A stretch of DNA of 64,000 nt from an uncultured Hormoscilla sp. (GCA_963921275.4 OZ001293.3:1408001-1472000), one strand, 5' to 3'; counted from the stretch's first letter, positions 45,058 to 58,624 are shown. The notes: generated from the sequence alone by a model not told the origin. Program-made: numbers and translations.

Positions 45058-45471
45058 ATGAAATTGTCTTATCGTGGTATCTACTACCAAGATGAGCCGA
45101 TCGCAAGGGAGATGAGCGAGGAGGTTCCTGGTGAGTACCGGGGTCAAGATTGCCAATTATGGCGCTATCCCAGGCACGTGCCGGTACAAAAAAAGCAAGG
45201 GCCGATCGATCTGAAATGTCGCGGTATTGCTTATAGCACCCACCAAACGGCGGAACCTGAGTTTGCCGCTCTCAATGTTAAACCGGTAGTGAGTGAAAGA
45301 GATACTCTCATGTCAACAGCAAAATCCCGTCACAGCGTCAAGCAAGAAGTCGCCAAAGTGCATCGCGCCAATATTCTCGAAAATCTGGAACATCGGTTAC
45401 AGGTTGCCAGATCCAGAGGGGACCAAGAGTTGGTCCGTCAGCTGGAGAAGGAAAAAGAACAAATTTCTTAA
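45058..45471 (+). CDS. DUF4278 family protein
   Basis: MKLSYRGI, YRG repeats, NLEHRLQVARSRGDQELVRQLE. Confidence 0.8.
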   Translation: MKLSYRGIYYQDEPIAREMSEEVPGEYRGQDCQLWRYPRHVPVQKKQGPIDLKCRGIAYSTHQTAEPEFAALNVKPVVSERDTLMSTAKSRHSVKQEVAKVHRANILENLEHRLQVARSRGDQELVRQLEKEKEQIS

Positions 45472-45789
45472 CCCATCCAGGGTGAACTATTTGACTGGTT
45501 CCCAGCCTCAGACTGGAAACGACGGTGGGAGCATCTCAATGCAAGAATTAAGAAACCCGGTTTTTCCTATACGCAGTGCCGCACGTTGCGCGTAAGGCAC
45601 GTTGCGCAGGCGCTAAAAACCGGGTTTCTGGGTCGGGCGCAGCCGGGTCGGGCGCAGCCGGGGCACTGGTGAATTGGTTGTTTTCTCTGGTGCGGGTTCC
45701 GACGGCAGCGGTGGATCTGCCCCTTCTTCAGACTACAAACGGTCCTTACTACAAACGGCAAGGACTAAAGTCCTTACTACAAACGGCAG

Positions 45790-46235
45790 CGAGTTTGTCT
45801 TGGATGGGACTGACTGCAACCAGGTTCTAGAACAGGTGCTGAGCAATTTACTAGGGGCGATCGCCTCTAGTAATGCTATAATCACCTATGAAAATCTGCC
45901 CACAGTCATGGCCAATGAATGGCAACTAGCACAGCTATTCCCAAACCTAATTGCCAATGGGATTAAATATAGCCGCCCCGAATCAGCGCGAAGGAGTGAA
46001 TATTTCCGTAGAAATGAGAGACAAATTAAGTGAATGGCTGGCATTCATGATAATGGCATTGGCATAGAATCAGAACATTTTGAAAGCATCTTTGATATTT
46101 TCCAACCTCTGCACAATGCCGAGGAATATTCAGGCACTGGGATTGGTTTAGCCATCTGTAAGAAGATTGTTGAGGCTCACCAGCATCTGGGTATAATCTG
46201 AGTTGGGTGTCTGCACTAGCTTTTACTTTACTATT
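45790..46235 (+). pseudogene. histidine kinase HATPase fragment
   Basis: [32 protein letters not shown] across broken frames. Confidence 0.75.
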
Positions 46236-46316
46236 CCTGAGTCATGTTTGTAGACAGTTTACTTGACTATTAGATCGTAAAAAATCTGCTATTTTCCAGT
46301 TATAACGGAGTATAAA

Positions 46317-46954
46317 ATGCTAGTAGAAGTCAAACAAGTAACCGTACCGCCAGGACAGCGAGTGCTGCTCAAAGATATCAGCTGGCAAGAGTTTGAAGCA
46401 ATTTTAGAGGATTTAGGAGAACATCGCGGATCTAGAGTCGCTTATGATAACGGCACCTTGGAAATCATGACACCATTACCTGAACACGAAAGCGGAAAAT
46501 AAATTATTGGCGACTTAGTAAAAGCCCTTTTGGAAGAACTAGACATTGAATTTTGGTGTCTAGGTTCTACAACTTTCAAAAATCAATTGATGCAGCAAGG
46601 TATAGAACCGGACAACTGTTTTTACATTTAAAATGAGGCAGCAGTACGCGGCAAGGATCGCTTAGACTTGACAAAAGACCCCCCACCAGATTTGGCTTTA
46701 GAAATTGACGTGACTTCTCGTACCCATCCCAGTATATACGAGAAATTGGGAGTCTCAGAACTTTGGCGCTTCGAGAAAGGGAAGTTGAAAATTAATGTGC
46801 TGCAAAAAGGTCAGTATGTAGAATCAGATATTAGCCCTCATTTCTGAATTTGCCAGTAAAATAGGTGATACCGCAATACCTCAATCAGTGTAAGATTCAG
46901 GGAAGGAATAAGACGATGAAAGCTTTTCGCGCTTGGGTGAGAGCACAAATTTAA
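46317..46954 (+). pseudogene. Uma2 family protein with several stops
   Basis: ISWQEFE, GTLEIMTPLPEHE, IEPDNCFY, PPDLALEID; TAA at 46500. Confidence 0.85.
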
Positions 46955-47005
46955 GCGCGGGTTTACAGGGGTTTAGGAAGGCGATAAAAACCGCACCAAG
47001 TCCCT

Positions 47006-47515
47006 TTAATTGCTCTCAGGTAAATCTGACGGAAGATAAGACAAACTTGCCCCTTTGCCCACCTTGAGGACCATCCGATCCGGTGTGAATAACTCGTAGT
47101 ATGGTAAATCGGAATCATCCTGTTCATTTGGGAAAAGCTTTAATTGACAACCATTGCTGAATTCTACAGTCAAACCTAGTTCTGTGCTGATTTCAAAAGC
47201 AGTTATCCTAGTTCCCTCTATCACATGAATTTCGTCTCGCATTTCTGGTAAAGACTGGGAACTGAAAATCATTTCTCCCTTGCACTCTAGCTGCCATTCT
47301 GTTATCATAGTTCCTAATATCCAGGATCCTTTCTCTTTACCCACCATAGATTTTTGCGAGTAAGGAATTCTGGCTCCAGCATGAAGCACTAGCTCATCTC
47401 CATAACTCATTCTTGCTCTCCAGCAAGTTTCCCCCACAATCAATTGTGTTATCTCTTTCACTCCCTCTAAATCATTAAATCTTGTTCTTCTCTGGACTTT
47501 AACTGGTATACTCAT
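47006..47515 (-). CDS. hypothetical protein
   Basis: 169-aa ORF; no motif recognised. Confidence 0.6.
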   Translation of the reverse strand: MSIPVKVQRRTRFNDLEGVKEITQLIVGETCWRARMSYGDELVLHAGARIPYSQKSMVGKEKGSWILGTMITEWQLECKGEMIFSSQSLPEMRDEIHVIEGTRITAFEISTELGLTVEFSNGCQLKLFPNEQDDSDLPYYELFTPDRMVLKVGKGASLSYLPSDLPESN

Positions 47516-47764
47516 TACTTGCCAATCCTAAAAAAATCCTTGCCTTTTGTCGTAGTTCTTGGTATGTAAAGTCCCCCCGTTCATTCTTGGTTCCTCTATT
47601 CCCAGTAGCTTTCTCATCCTCCAAGAACTCTCCAAATTCTCTTCTTTCTTCTGATCTCATGTCAAATTCTTTAGCAATGTTATTAACTTGCTTGATATCT
47701 TCCTTACTAACTGTCCTGCCTCCTCAATACTTCAATACCATTATTATCATACCAGAGCAGCACT

Positions 47765-47876
47765 GTCGCAACCGGCAATCGCTGTGCCGCAGCCAGCAAC
47801 CATTGTGTCGCAACCGGCAATCGCTGTGCCGCAGCCAGCAACCATTGTGTCGCAACCGGCAACCGCTGGGCCGCAT
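47765..47876. repeat. tandem repeat, 21-bp subunit with 42-bp higher-order unit
   Basis: TGTCGCAACCGGCAATCGCTG alternating with TGCCGCAGCCAGCAACCATTG. Confidence 0.85.
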
Positions 47877-48007
47877 TGAGCAAAGCTAGAGTACCAGGGA
47901 GCATCGATGACGCAAGCAAATATATCTGTAGGGGCGGGCGAAGCACTCTGGCAGTATATCTAGGAATAACATGATAAGCGGTTTGACAGAATGCTAGCGA
48001 GGTTGGA

Positions 48008-48081
48008 ACCTCTCGGTTGACGTTTTAAACCTCTCGGTTGACGTTTAAGCCTCTCGGTTGACGTTTTAAGCCTCCCGGTTG
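48008..48081. repeat. about 21-bp tandem repeat, 3.5 copies
   Basis: CCTCTCGGTTGACGTTTTAA units. Confidence 0.85.
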
Positions 48082-48241
48082 GCCCCCAGGGCTGTTGCAT
48101 TCTTCCCGGCCACCCACGCGAGGATGGTTTCATTAGTTTAGTTTCCGCAGAATTTTGCCCAAATCCTGGGTCAGTTGATCGAGATATGAGTTACAATAAG
48201 CGATCGCAAGCCCAATCCTGGTATTATAGTTGGAGGTGTGA

Positions 48242-48541
48242 TTGTCAAAGTTTATATTGAAGGTTCTCTGGCTGGACTCGAACGTCGCCATTGCTGTAGA
48301 TCAAGTGGTGGGCAAGGGGCTTAGCCCTTTGACAAAGTACTTTTTCTGGCCCCGGAACGATGCCTGGGAAGAGCTGAAAAATGAGCTGGAGGCCAAAAAC
48401 TGGATCGCCGAGACCGATCGCATTGCCTTGCTCAATCAAGCCACAGAAGTGATTAACTACTGGCAAGAAGAAGGTAGAAAGTGTCCCATGTCTGAAGCGA
48501 TGGGTAAATTTCCAGAGGTTGCTTTTACTGGTAGCAGTTAG
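48242..48541 (+). CDS. ycf65: 30S ribosomal protein PSRP-3 (Ycf65)
   Basis: [30 protein letters not shown]. Confidence 0.92.
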   Translation: MSKFILKVLWLDSNVAIAVDQVVGKGLSPLTKYFFWPRNDAWEELKNELEAKNWIAETDRIALLNQATEVINYWQEEGRKCPMSEAMGKFPEVAFTGSS

Positions 48542-48568
48542 ACTTTAAGCCTACTTCCCCCGATCGCA

Positions 48569-48598
48569 AGACTCCTCCGACAAGCTGTGGAGGAGTCT
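48569..48598. terminator. hairpin between convergent ycf65 and atpC
   Basis: AGACTCCTCC...GGAGGAGTCT. Confidence 0.5.
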
Positions 48599-48644
48599 AA
48601 GTTTCTGTATGTACTGACCAGCGCCCGTCATGCATAACGCAGGC

Positions 48645-49061
48645 TTAGATTTGCACCATGCCACCAGCAGCTTGGTAACGAGCCCGGGCCCGCTTCAGGG
48701 CCTGAGTCGCCTGAATTTTATCTTGACGGTCTTCGCCAGCGTCAGCCGCCCTCAGGCGCTCTTCCGCTTCCGAGTAAGCAATGCGAGCCTCTTCTTTATC
48801 TATGCTATCGCCTCCCTCGGCTCCATTCACCAAAATGGTCACCTCATTGTTGTCCACTTCCGCAAACCCACCCATGAGGGCGATCGGCACCCATTCCTTT
48901 TCTGGGCGCACTTGCATCACACCAGTATCGAGAGCCGTTAACAGGGGAGCATGATTAGAGAGGATCCCCAGTTGACCAGTGATACTAGGTAAAATTACTT
49001 CCTGAGCTGTCGAATCCCAGACCGTTTTGTCTGGAGCTATTACCCGAACGGTTAAAGTCAT
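48645..49061 (-). CDS. atpC: ATP synthase F1 epsilon subunit
   Basis: [29 protein letters not shown]. Confidence 0.95.
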   Translation of the reverse strand: MTLTVRVIAPDKTVWDSTAQEVILPSITGQLGILSNHAPLLTALDTGVMQVRPEKEWVPIALMGGFAEVDNNEVTILVNGAEGGDSIDKEEARIAYSEAEERLRAADAGEDRQDKIQATQALKRARARYQAAGGMVQI

Positions 49062-49105
49062 TCGTCCTTTGTCCTTTGTTAATAATCCCATCCTTCGATC
49101 CCATC

Positions 49106-49261
49106 GTTCGTAGTAAGCACTTTAGTCCTTACGCGAGGGAAGCACTAAAGTGCTTACTACAAACCCAAGGGAAGCACTTTAGTGCTTACTACAAACCCAA
49201 AGGAAGCACTAAAGTGCTTACTACAAACCCGAGGGAAGCACTTTAGTGCTTACTACAAACC
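49106..49261. repeat. tandem REP cluster, 32-bp unit x4 plus an inverted half unit
   Basis: AAGCACT-(AA/TT)-AGTGCTTACTACAAACC with AGCACT at 49141, 49173, 49205, 49237. Confidence 0.88.
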
Positions 49262-49262
49262 A

Positions 49263-50729
<1,467 letters not shown>

Positions 50730-50980
50730 TCAGTTATTAGGTGACTGGCGGACAGTCTTAATTTATGCTTAAATTGCCATCTTTCAGATTATCACCGAAA
50801 AGGATCGACTCAGACTTTTTTCCTCTCAATGTCACCTGTCCCTGGGCCGTTGGCCGTTCGATCCTGGTGTGTTTAGGGTTTGAGTGGTGGGCGGTGCTTT
50901 AGAGTTTGAGTGGTGGGCGGTGCCTGGTGGGCAGTGCCCTACAGGTATAATCGCGGTAAATGCAGCTGCCTACCATCTGA

Positions 50981-52321
50981 TTGAGCATGAGAGTAGTCTC
51001 ACGTACTTCAAACAATCTGCGTCAACCGCCCCCCCTATTTACCAAGCCCTCCTGGATGTTCTGGAGTTCCTTGTTGATCTTGACTACCCTATTATCGGCA
51101 TCGATGGGAGCATTTGTAGCATTGCTTGTTCCCGACAGCCTGACCAGTATTCCTCGGACGGTGTCGGGCCGATCACTCGGACATCTGTGGCGTCACGGCT
51201 TTCAATACCGATTAACCCGACCCGTGCATATCTTAATTATGGGCATCGATCGGGTGCCTGGGACAAGAGAAAATTCTCCGGAGAGCTTTTCTGGCCGCAG
51301 CGACACCCTGCTGGTGCTGCGAGTCGATCCTAACGATAATTCTCTGAGCATGCTTTCTCTGCCCCGAGACACCCAGGTGTACGTCCCGGCCCTGGGTTGG
51401 CAGAAGCTTTCTCATGTTAATCCTTTAGGTGGTCCAGATTTAACTGTCAAGGCAGTCAGTAACACTCTTAACGACCTGCCCATTGACCGCTATATCCGAG
51501 TTAGCACCGGTGCCTTTCGGGAGTTGGTGGATCTGGTGGATGGGGTGGAGGTGTTTGTCGATCGCCCGATGTATTATGTGGACTACACCCAGGGGTTAAA
51601 AATCGATCTGCTACCCGGATGGCAAACCCTGAATGGCAAGCAGGCGTCCGATTTTGCCCGCTTCCGCGCCGATGAGTTAGGGGATATCGGCAGGGTGCAG
51701 CGCCAGCAAGCTGTCATCAAAGCTTTGCGCCAGCGTCTGAACAGTCCTTCTGTGTTGCCCCGTTTGCCCCAAGTGATTCGGGTCGTGCACAAGCATATCG
51801 ATACTAATATTAGTTCCCAAGAAATACGAGCGCTAGTGAGTCTCGCTTTGCAAATCGAACCAGAGCATTTTAAGCAGGTAATGCTGCCCGGTCGTTATAG
51901 TTATCCCGGAGAGTTCCCTACTAGCTACTGGGTGCTCGACCCCAGAGGGCGCGATCGGGTGTTGCGGGAATATTTCCACATGTACTGGATGGGCAATGCT
52001 TGGAGTGACTATTCCGGTACTAGCGTCTCCACCGGGCGATCGCCTAAATCTCTGAGGATTGCGATTCAAAACGCTACAGGCCAACCCAACATAGCCCGTC
52101 AACTAGCCCAGGAGCTGCAAAAACAGGGTTTTTATAATTTGTACTTAGTTTCCGATTGGTCAGTGGAGGTACTTTATACCCAGATTATCGTGCAAAAAGG
52201 TGACCTAGTAGGAGCAAAATACCTGAAAAGAGTTTTAGACAAGGGTAAAATTGAAGCCAGTTCAACAGGACATGTCTACTCAGACTTAACAATTAGGATC
52301 GGTAAAGACTGGCTCAAATAA
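50981..52321 (+). CDS. LCP (LytR-CpsA-Psr) family protein with LytR C-terminal domain
   Basis: GRSDT, SLPRDT, RFR, GDIGRVQRQQ, DLTIRIGKD. Confidence 0.9.
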   Translation: MSMRVVSRTSNNLRQPPPLFTKPSWMFWSSLLILTTLLSASMGAFVALLVPDSLTSIPRTVSGRSLGHLWRHGFQYRLTRPVHILIMGIDRVPGTRENSPESFSGRSDTLLVLRVDPNDNSLSMLSLPRDTQVYVPALGWQKLSHVNPLGGPDLTVKAVSNTLNDLPIDRYIRVSTGAFRELVDLVDGVEVFVDRPMYYVDYTQGLKIDLLPGWQTLNGKQASDFARFRADELGDIGRVQRQQAVIKALRQRLNSPSVLPRLPQVIRVVHKHIDTNISSQEIRALVSLALQIEPEHFKQVMLPGRYSYPGEFPTSYWVLDPRGRDRVLREYFHMYWMGNAWSDYSGTSVSTGRSPKSLRIAIQNATGQPNIARQLAQELQKQGFYNLYLVSDWSVEVLYTQIIVQKGDLVGAKYLKRVLDKGKIEASSTGHVYSDLTIRIGKDWLK

Positions 52322-52407
52322 TACTATTTTCTCGTTATCTCATCTACAAAGAGCGGCGAATCTCATCGGCTCGGTCCTCTGTGCAGCCGTATAGGTCATA
52401 AAATCTA

Positions 52408-54549
52408 GTGGTATGTCAAGTAAATAATGACGGATAAGGGAAGAGAACAAAGAGTGAGAAACTATGCCAGCCAAACGATATATAGTTTCCCTAATAGAAG
52501 AAGAACGCCAAAGTCTAGAAAAGCTAACTACAACAGGAAAAGCTGCGGCGAGGAAAATTAATCAGGTCGGGGTCGAGCTGTCCCTCGCGGGACAATCCTC
52601 CCATTCGGAACCTGAAGAGCGACTTTCACCGCACACGGCTACTGGTTGGTAAACCCTTGTCACGGGTAGGATTACTAGGGATTACTCCCGTTGTCCCTTG
52701 CCCTATGAAATATAGCCCCTTTATGGTCAGTCATGAACTAGTTGAGTACCTAACTCCGGAAGGTTTACGGGGGAGAACTAGAAAACCACTATGACCGTTC
52801 TTTACTAACAGGTGCCCGTATGGGGCCTCTAAATTTTTTACCCGGTTAGGATTTCAGTCCATCATTACTACCTAGTGTTGCCACTGGTTAAGCACGTTTA
52901 GAGGGCTACTATCTCCTAGAGCTTTTTACCATATCCGTCCTACGTCTGCATATCCACAGGCATTACCCCGGGCATTAGCTTCTTAGGACCTCCCTCCCCA
53001 CGCGGGCATGCGCTAGGCGCTGCGCGCACACTACGCGGACGCACATCTGACTTGTCCATCTGGACAGCACCGCTCTTGTCCGGAACGTTCCCTGGTATCA
53101 TTTCACGAGGCTTTTAGGTCTCCCCTATACACCGGCAGTCATTTCGGGTACGATATCAGTGACGTGCAACCACTGATACGCGGACTGCGTGCGCATTTTG
53201 CACCAAGCGTGTCAGCCTCTTTTCGCTTGTTTAAGATGACGATGCTTACAGGGATTCGCTTGCTCTAACCATGAGCCTCTTTCCGATCGCGCAGCGTGGC
53301 GCAGCCATGCGGCGTCGGTCTCTGGGCTGAGACCTTATCCTACATTTGTCCTCGGGAGGCACCACGGTAATGTTACTCCGCAGCACCTCACGCGGTCACC
53401 CCCGTACCTGGGGGAAGGGGAATTGAACCCCCATGATGACCAGAGTTGCTGGTATTAACCAGCCCGGCGATCGCCATATTTCAGACTTACGCCAAAACGA
53501 TTCGCACTGCTCGCATCTTACTTAAAGCCGATATTAATCAAACCGATGGAGGGTGGACAGATAGTGAAATTAGCCAAGCTTTGAACATTAGTACCAGAAC
53601 CATTGAAAGAGTTCGACAAAGGTTTGTAGAAGAGGGTTTAGAAAAAGCAATAACCCCCCGTCCCCACCCCTCATCTCAGTTACGGCGTATCGATGGAGAA
53701 GTCGAAGCTCATTTAATTGCATTAGCTTGCAGCCAAGCACCGACTGGGTATAGTCGTTGGACTTTATGACTCCTCGCTGATCAAATGGTAGCTTTAGGAT
53801 ATGTAGAAAGCCTTTCCCATGAAACGGTACGACAGGTATTAAAAAAAAACGAAATTAAACCTTGGTTTCAGGAATGTTGGATAATTACACCTCAAGAAAG
53901 TGCTGAATTTGTCTGTCAGATGGAAGAAGTTTTAGACCTGTACACCCGTGCTTATGATTCAGATTACCCTTTGGTTTGTTTTGATGAATGTTCCAAACAG
54001 TTAATTTCAGAAACGAGAACCCCCATTCCAGCAGAACCTGGGAAACCGGAACGTTTTGACTACGAATATCAGCGAAAGGGAGTCTGTAATCTGTTCATGT
54101 TTTTTGAACCTTTAACCACGGCACGTAGAAGTAACTGACCAACGGACTTCTTACGACTATGCTCACCAGATGAAGTATTTGGTTGATGAATGTTTTCCTC
54201 AAGCGAGGAAGATTCTCGTCGTTCAAGATCATCTTAATACTCATGTGAAAGCTTCTCTATACAAAGCCTTTAGCCCATCGGTAGCTCGTAGAATTCTGGA
54301 TAAGTTAGAATTTCATTACACTCCTAAACATGGCAGTTGGTTGAATATGGCGGAAATCGAGTTAAGTGTCTTACGCCGACAGTGTTTAGACCGAAGGATT
54401 TCCGAGAAGGAGTTTTTAAAAGAAGAAATAGCGGCTTGGGAAAAGCGTAGAAATGAAACCGCTTCGGTTGTAGATTGGCAATTTACCACCGAAGCAGCTC
54501 GAATTAAATTGAAGCAATTATATCCGTCAATTCAATTTTGACAAATCAC
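52408..54549 (+). mobile_element. IS630 family element, inactivated, containing antisense intron I6
   Basis: IRs GTGGTATGTCAA / GTGATTTGTCAA flanked by TA; A9 slippery run at 53841; CFDE, QDHLNTH, TPKHGSWLNMAE; TGA at 53767. Confidence 0.9.
52565..53507 (-). mobile_element. ORF-less group IIB intron I6 (943 nt)
   Basis: minus-strand GTGCGAATCG at 53507; end CTCGACCCCGACC; removal restores AAT CA|T GCT CGC (KINHARILL). Confidence 0.95.
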
Positions 54550-54759
54550 TAGTATACACCCTCACCGAGTGCGAGTGGTGGGGATAAATGGGCTATTCCT
54601 GGAAGGAATAGCCTTTATCCTTATTTGGGTGCAGACGCGGTGGGCCAGAAAAAAATAACCACGCTTCGATGCACTCGGGGCGCTTGATGTCCCCCGGACG
54701 CACGGCGAAACCCGGGGGACATCATACTCGCACTACCCCTCGCGCATCGACGATTGATT

Positions 54760-55110
54760 TTGGTAAGTGGTAAGTGGTAAGTGGTAAGTGGTTAGCGAGA
54801 CTTTGGGAAAAAATAGGCGTCAATGAGCCTCAAACCCTTTCACAGAGCTACTTTTAGGTCGCGATGTCTGAGGGGTTTTCGCCATGCGTCCCGAAGACAT
54901 CGGAAGGTCTCAATCTCCGTAGGCTCAGGGTTTGCTGCCATTTAATACCCTTCGACGTAAAACCCCCCACTCCGTAAGGGTTTGAGCAGTTTTTGGCCTG
55001 AGAAAATTGCTCTTGTCCCGTTAGTGGTTAGTGGTTAGTGGACAAAGAACAACTGACAACGAACAACTGACAACCCACAACTGACAACGAACAACGAACA
55101 ACTGACTACT
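54760..55110. repeat. STRR-type short tandem repeats
   Basis: (GGTAAGT)n near 54762-54792; (TTAGTGG)n and ACAACTG/ACAACGA arrays near 55021-55107. Confidence 0.75.
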
Positions 55111-55651
55111 GACAGTGGTTAGTGCAATAGCGCTGTAGCAGTGTAGTTAAGAACTCTGATGCGGTAGTCCGTTGAGCATTGCCGTCGGGGAGTTGCCACC
55201 AACCTGATACAGTATCGGGCTCACGCCACAATTCCAAATGTGCCACTGGGGGGTTAGCATAGAAACTATCTTCTCCCGTTCCCAGTAACCTGGAACTCCA
55301 GTGGGTAAAATAATCGTGACTGAGTCGATGGATAGGGAAATTGCCCAACAGCGGTACACCCCAACCATCCAGAGCAAAAAACGCTTTTACCTTACCTCCC
55401 CACATCTGCCATTGCCAAGCTGCGCCTATTGCCCCAACTACTCCAGCGCTAAAGCAGATCGAGATGATGGCCTCGCTCTCACGCCCAGGTTCTCCTATAT
55501 TATCCCTCAAAAACTGCCAAACCTGAACTGCCGAGACCGGGGAGTAACCCGATGCTGGAAAAATCATAGCAGGCGCAGATAATTCTAAGACTTGGAGAAA
55601 GCTTTCCGTTAGGGCGCGATCGTGAATTCCCGGACAAATAATTATCTTCAT
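55106..55651 (-). CDS. conserved hypothetical protein (alpha/beta hydrolase-like)
   Basis: CPGIH, FSAGVVG, DGWGVP, SHDYFTHWSS. Confidence 0.7.
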   Translation of the reverse strand: MKIIICPGIHDRALTESFLQVLELSAPAMIFPASGYSPVSAVQVWQFLRDNIGEPGRESEAIISICFSAGVVGAIGAAWQWQMWGGKVKAFFALDGWGVPLLGNFPIHRLSHDYFTHWSSRLLGTGEDSFYANPPVAHLELWREPDTVSGWWQLPDGNAQRTTASEFLTTLLQRYCTNHCQ

Positions 55652-55727
55652 GTGGAAATTGCTAATTGCTTATACGAAGTGCGCGTAGCGCTATTGCTAA
55701 TTGCCATGAACGATTAACCATTAACTA

Positions 55728-56487
55728 TTAACCATTAACCATTAACGCTTGACCACCGTCAATTACCAACTCAGCACCAGTCATGAACTTTGATTCATCA
55801 GAGGCAAGGAAAACCACAGCATAGGCAATGTCCGAAGGTTCCCTCCAAACACCCAAAGGTATTTTAGCCCGAACTGGCTCTTCTCGAAGTTGCCGATCCT
55901 CCCCTTCACCCAAAAAACCATCCCAGATCGGAGTTAGTATTGGTCCGGGTAGAATGCAGTTACAGCGAATATTATAACTTGCTTGAGCGCAATAGAGAGC
56001 AACGGACTTAGAATAATGACACAGGCTAGCTTTACTCGCGCCATAAGCTATAGTTCCCGGCGTAGGAGTAATGCCTGCCAGATTCGATGCACTCTGCGCG
56101 CGCGGTTGAGCACTGCTTAATGTGCTCTGCGCGCGCTACTCGCACTGCGCGGAGCACATTAATCGCACATCGAAGACACATTCACGATCTCCCCTCCTCC
56201 AGTATCCTTCATCATGCCGATAGCATATTGGCAACCCAGGAACACCCCTTCCATATTCACCTGCATCACCTGACGCCATAGTTCCAAAGTAGCATTTTCT
56301 GGATTTTGTGGTCCCGGAATGCCAGTAATTCCGGTACGTCCCTGCCAAAGCGATCGCGACCGTCCCGATCGGAGCGATCTGATACCAGCACTTGCGCACC
56401 TTCGCTAGAAAGCATTATCGCCGTCGCCCTGCCAATTCCCGAAGCCCCTCCTGTTACCAAAGCCACCTTACCTTCAACTCGTCCCAT
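55728..56487 (-). pseudogene. short-chain dehydrogenase/reductase, fragmented
   Basis: VTGGASGIG, IVNVSS, YGASK, FMTGAELVIDGG; deletions plus 86-nt nested hairpin insertion. Confidence 0.85.
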
Positions 56488-56508
56488 TATCCTTTCCTCT
56501 CATCCCAA

Positions 56509-58435
56509 TTATTTGACTTTTGTTTGCCGAATCGGAATTTCAATTTGAAACACAGCCCCTCGGCCTGCTATAGATATACATTGCAGCTGGCCCTGATGTT
56601 TTTGCACCACTATTTGGTAACTTACATACAGGCCCAAACCGGTGCTTTTCCCCACAGGTTTGGTCGTAAAAAACGGGTCAAATATCCGGCTTTGGGCTTC
56701 AGCACTCATTCCCGGACCATTATCAGCTATTTCTATGATAACGCGGTCTTGTTCTAAATATTGAGTTCTAATTCCTATTGTCCTTTTTTCGCGGTCATTG
56801 TACTTTAGACAAGAGGACTCTAAAGCATCAATAGCATTAACTATAATATTCATAAACACCTGATTCAGGTGACCCGGATAGCATTGCACCAAAGGCAGCT
56901 GGCCAAATTCCTTAATCACGGAAATATCGCCACATTTGTTAGCGTGCAAGCGGTTTTGCAAGATTAATAAGGTACTTTCAATTCCTTCATGAATATCAAC
57001 CCACTTCATCTGGGCTTCATCCAGACGGGAAAAGTTGCGCAAAGACAGAACAATCTGGCGGATGCGCTCCGTTCCCCCTTGCATCGATTCCATAATTTTG
57101 GCGAGATCCTCCTGAAGGAACTCCAAGTCATTCTCCTCTAGGTATTCTGCAATTATAGCACTTGGTTGGGGTATATTCCTGTTGATATAGTTCTACCAGT
57201 TGGAGCAACTCTCTGGCATATTTATTAACATAGGGGAGGTTACCGTGGATAAAATTAACAGGATTATTAATTTCATGAGCAACCCCAGCAACTAGCTGAC
57301 CCAGAGAAGACATTTTTTCCGACTGAATCAGTTGAGCTTGGGTATTTTGCAATTGGCGCACTGTCAGCTCCAGCTGGCGAGCTTTTTCTCGTTCTCGCGC
57401 TTCACTTAAAAACAGCGTCTCTTCAGTCAGCTTGCGCTCTGTGATATCTGTATGGGAGCCAACCATTCGCACTGGGGTTCCCTGTTCGTCCCAGACTGCT
57501 TGTCCCCGTAAGAGCACCCATTTGTAATTGCCATCTTTGCAGCGCAGGCGATACTCTGCCGCATAATAGGGAGTAGTCCGCTCTAGGTGGTCTCGCAGGG
57601 AGTCGATCACCCAACCTCGATCCTCGGGATGTATGCGGCTTTCCCATTCATCGAAATGGTTCGCAAACTCCCAGTCTCCATAGCCTAGCATTTCCTGCCA
57701 GCAGGAGGAGAAAAAGACTTGATTAGTTTTGATATTCCAGTCCCAAACGCCATCGCGATCGCCCTGGAAGACTAACTGGGCGACTACTCGGGCGACTACT
57801 CGGGCGGCTACTTGCCAGGGTTCTTCACTTTCTTTTAATTCCCTTACTGTCTGCTTTAATTGGGCGGTGCGCTGCTCAACGCTGATATCGGTGCCAATGG
57901 AGAGGATACCCGTGAAGCTTCCTGACTCATCCATCAGAGCTTTATGCCACCAACCAATCCAAACCTGTTCGGCATTCTGACGGATATGTTCATTTTCATG
58001 GTACTTTTGGGAGGATTCTAAGATATCAGAGAGCATGGTTGCCAGGTCATTACCAGACAGATCGGTTTGTGGGAAAATTGTGCCAATTACATTTTTACCG
58101 ATGATTTCTTCCGACGAATAGCCAAAGAAGCTTTGGGCGTACTCATTCAAGAAAGTAATATTTCTCTGGGTATCCAGGCGCAAAATAATGCTATGAGCAT
58201 TTTCCACCAATTCCCGATACTTATCTTCTACAGCGAGGCGCAATTGCACTGGGTAGTAGATAAACACCAGTACCCCAGTCAACAGGGCCAGCAGGCCGCT
58301 AGCAGTTTTCAGCCAAAATGTTAATGGTGCATGGGATAAGCACTGTTGTTCTGAGCCGGACAGCACCCATACACCGGCAATAACTAGCACTACTGCTGAC
58401 AGCGCTGTCAAGTAAGGCGTCCATCTCAATTTCAC
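56509..58435 (-). pseudogene. PAS-domain sensor histidine kinase, frameshifted near 57140
   Basis: two PAS domains, AHEINNP H-box in the first ORF, HATPase (DNGPG, FDPFFTTK) in the second. Confidence 0.85.
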
Positions 58436-58624
58436 GATCGTCGGTAGATTTTTTGACCCTATCAGCTACTTTAGTTTACATACCTTGGGGACCGGTCTGC
58501 GATCGCAGACCAGTCCCATCTCCAGTGACAAATACCCCCCTAGGGGTATGCTACTCTAGGATAGGCAATGCACCGGAGCATCCGGTGCATTGTCAGAGTA
58601 AATTATCCAATAGAGGATGACATT

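Noticed and set aside
47765..48081. 21/42-bp repeats and the ORFs across them
   Set aside because: Simple tandem repeats without spacers; the ORFs are translations of the repeat.
49106..49261. CRISPR-like palindromic 32-bp repeats
   Set aside because: Units are contiguous with no unique spacers and no cas genes in the window; matches the dispersed REP family.
56160..56168. Minus-strand GTGCGATT resembling a group II 5' end (similar GTGCGATG near 6745)
   Set aside because: No domain I homology or D5 follows; the first is part of a hairpin mini-insertion.
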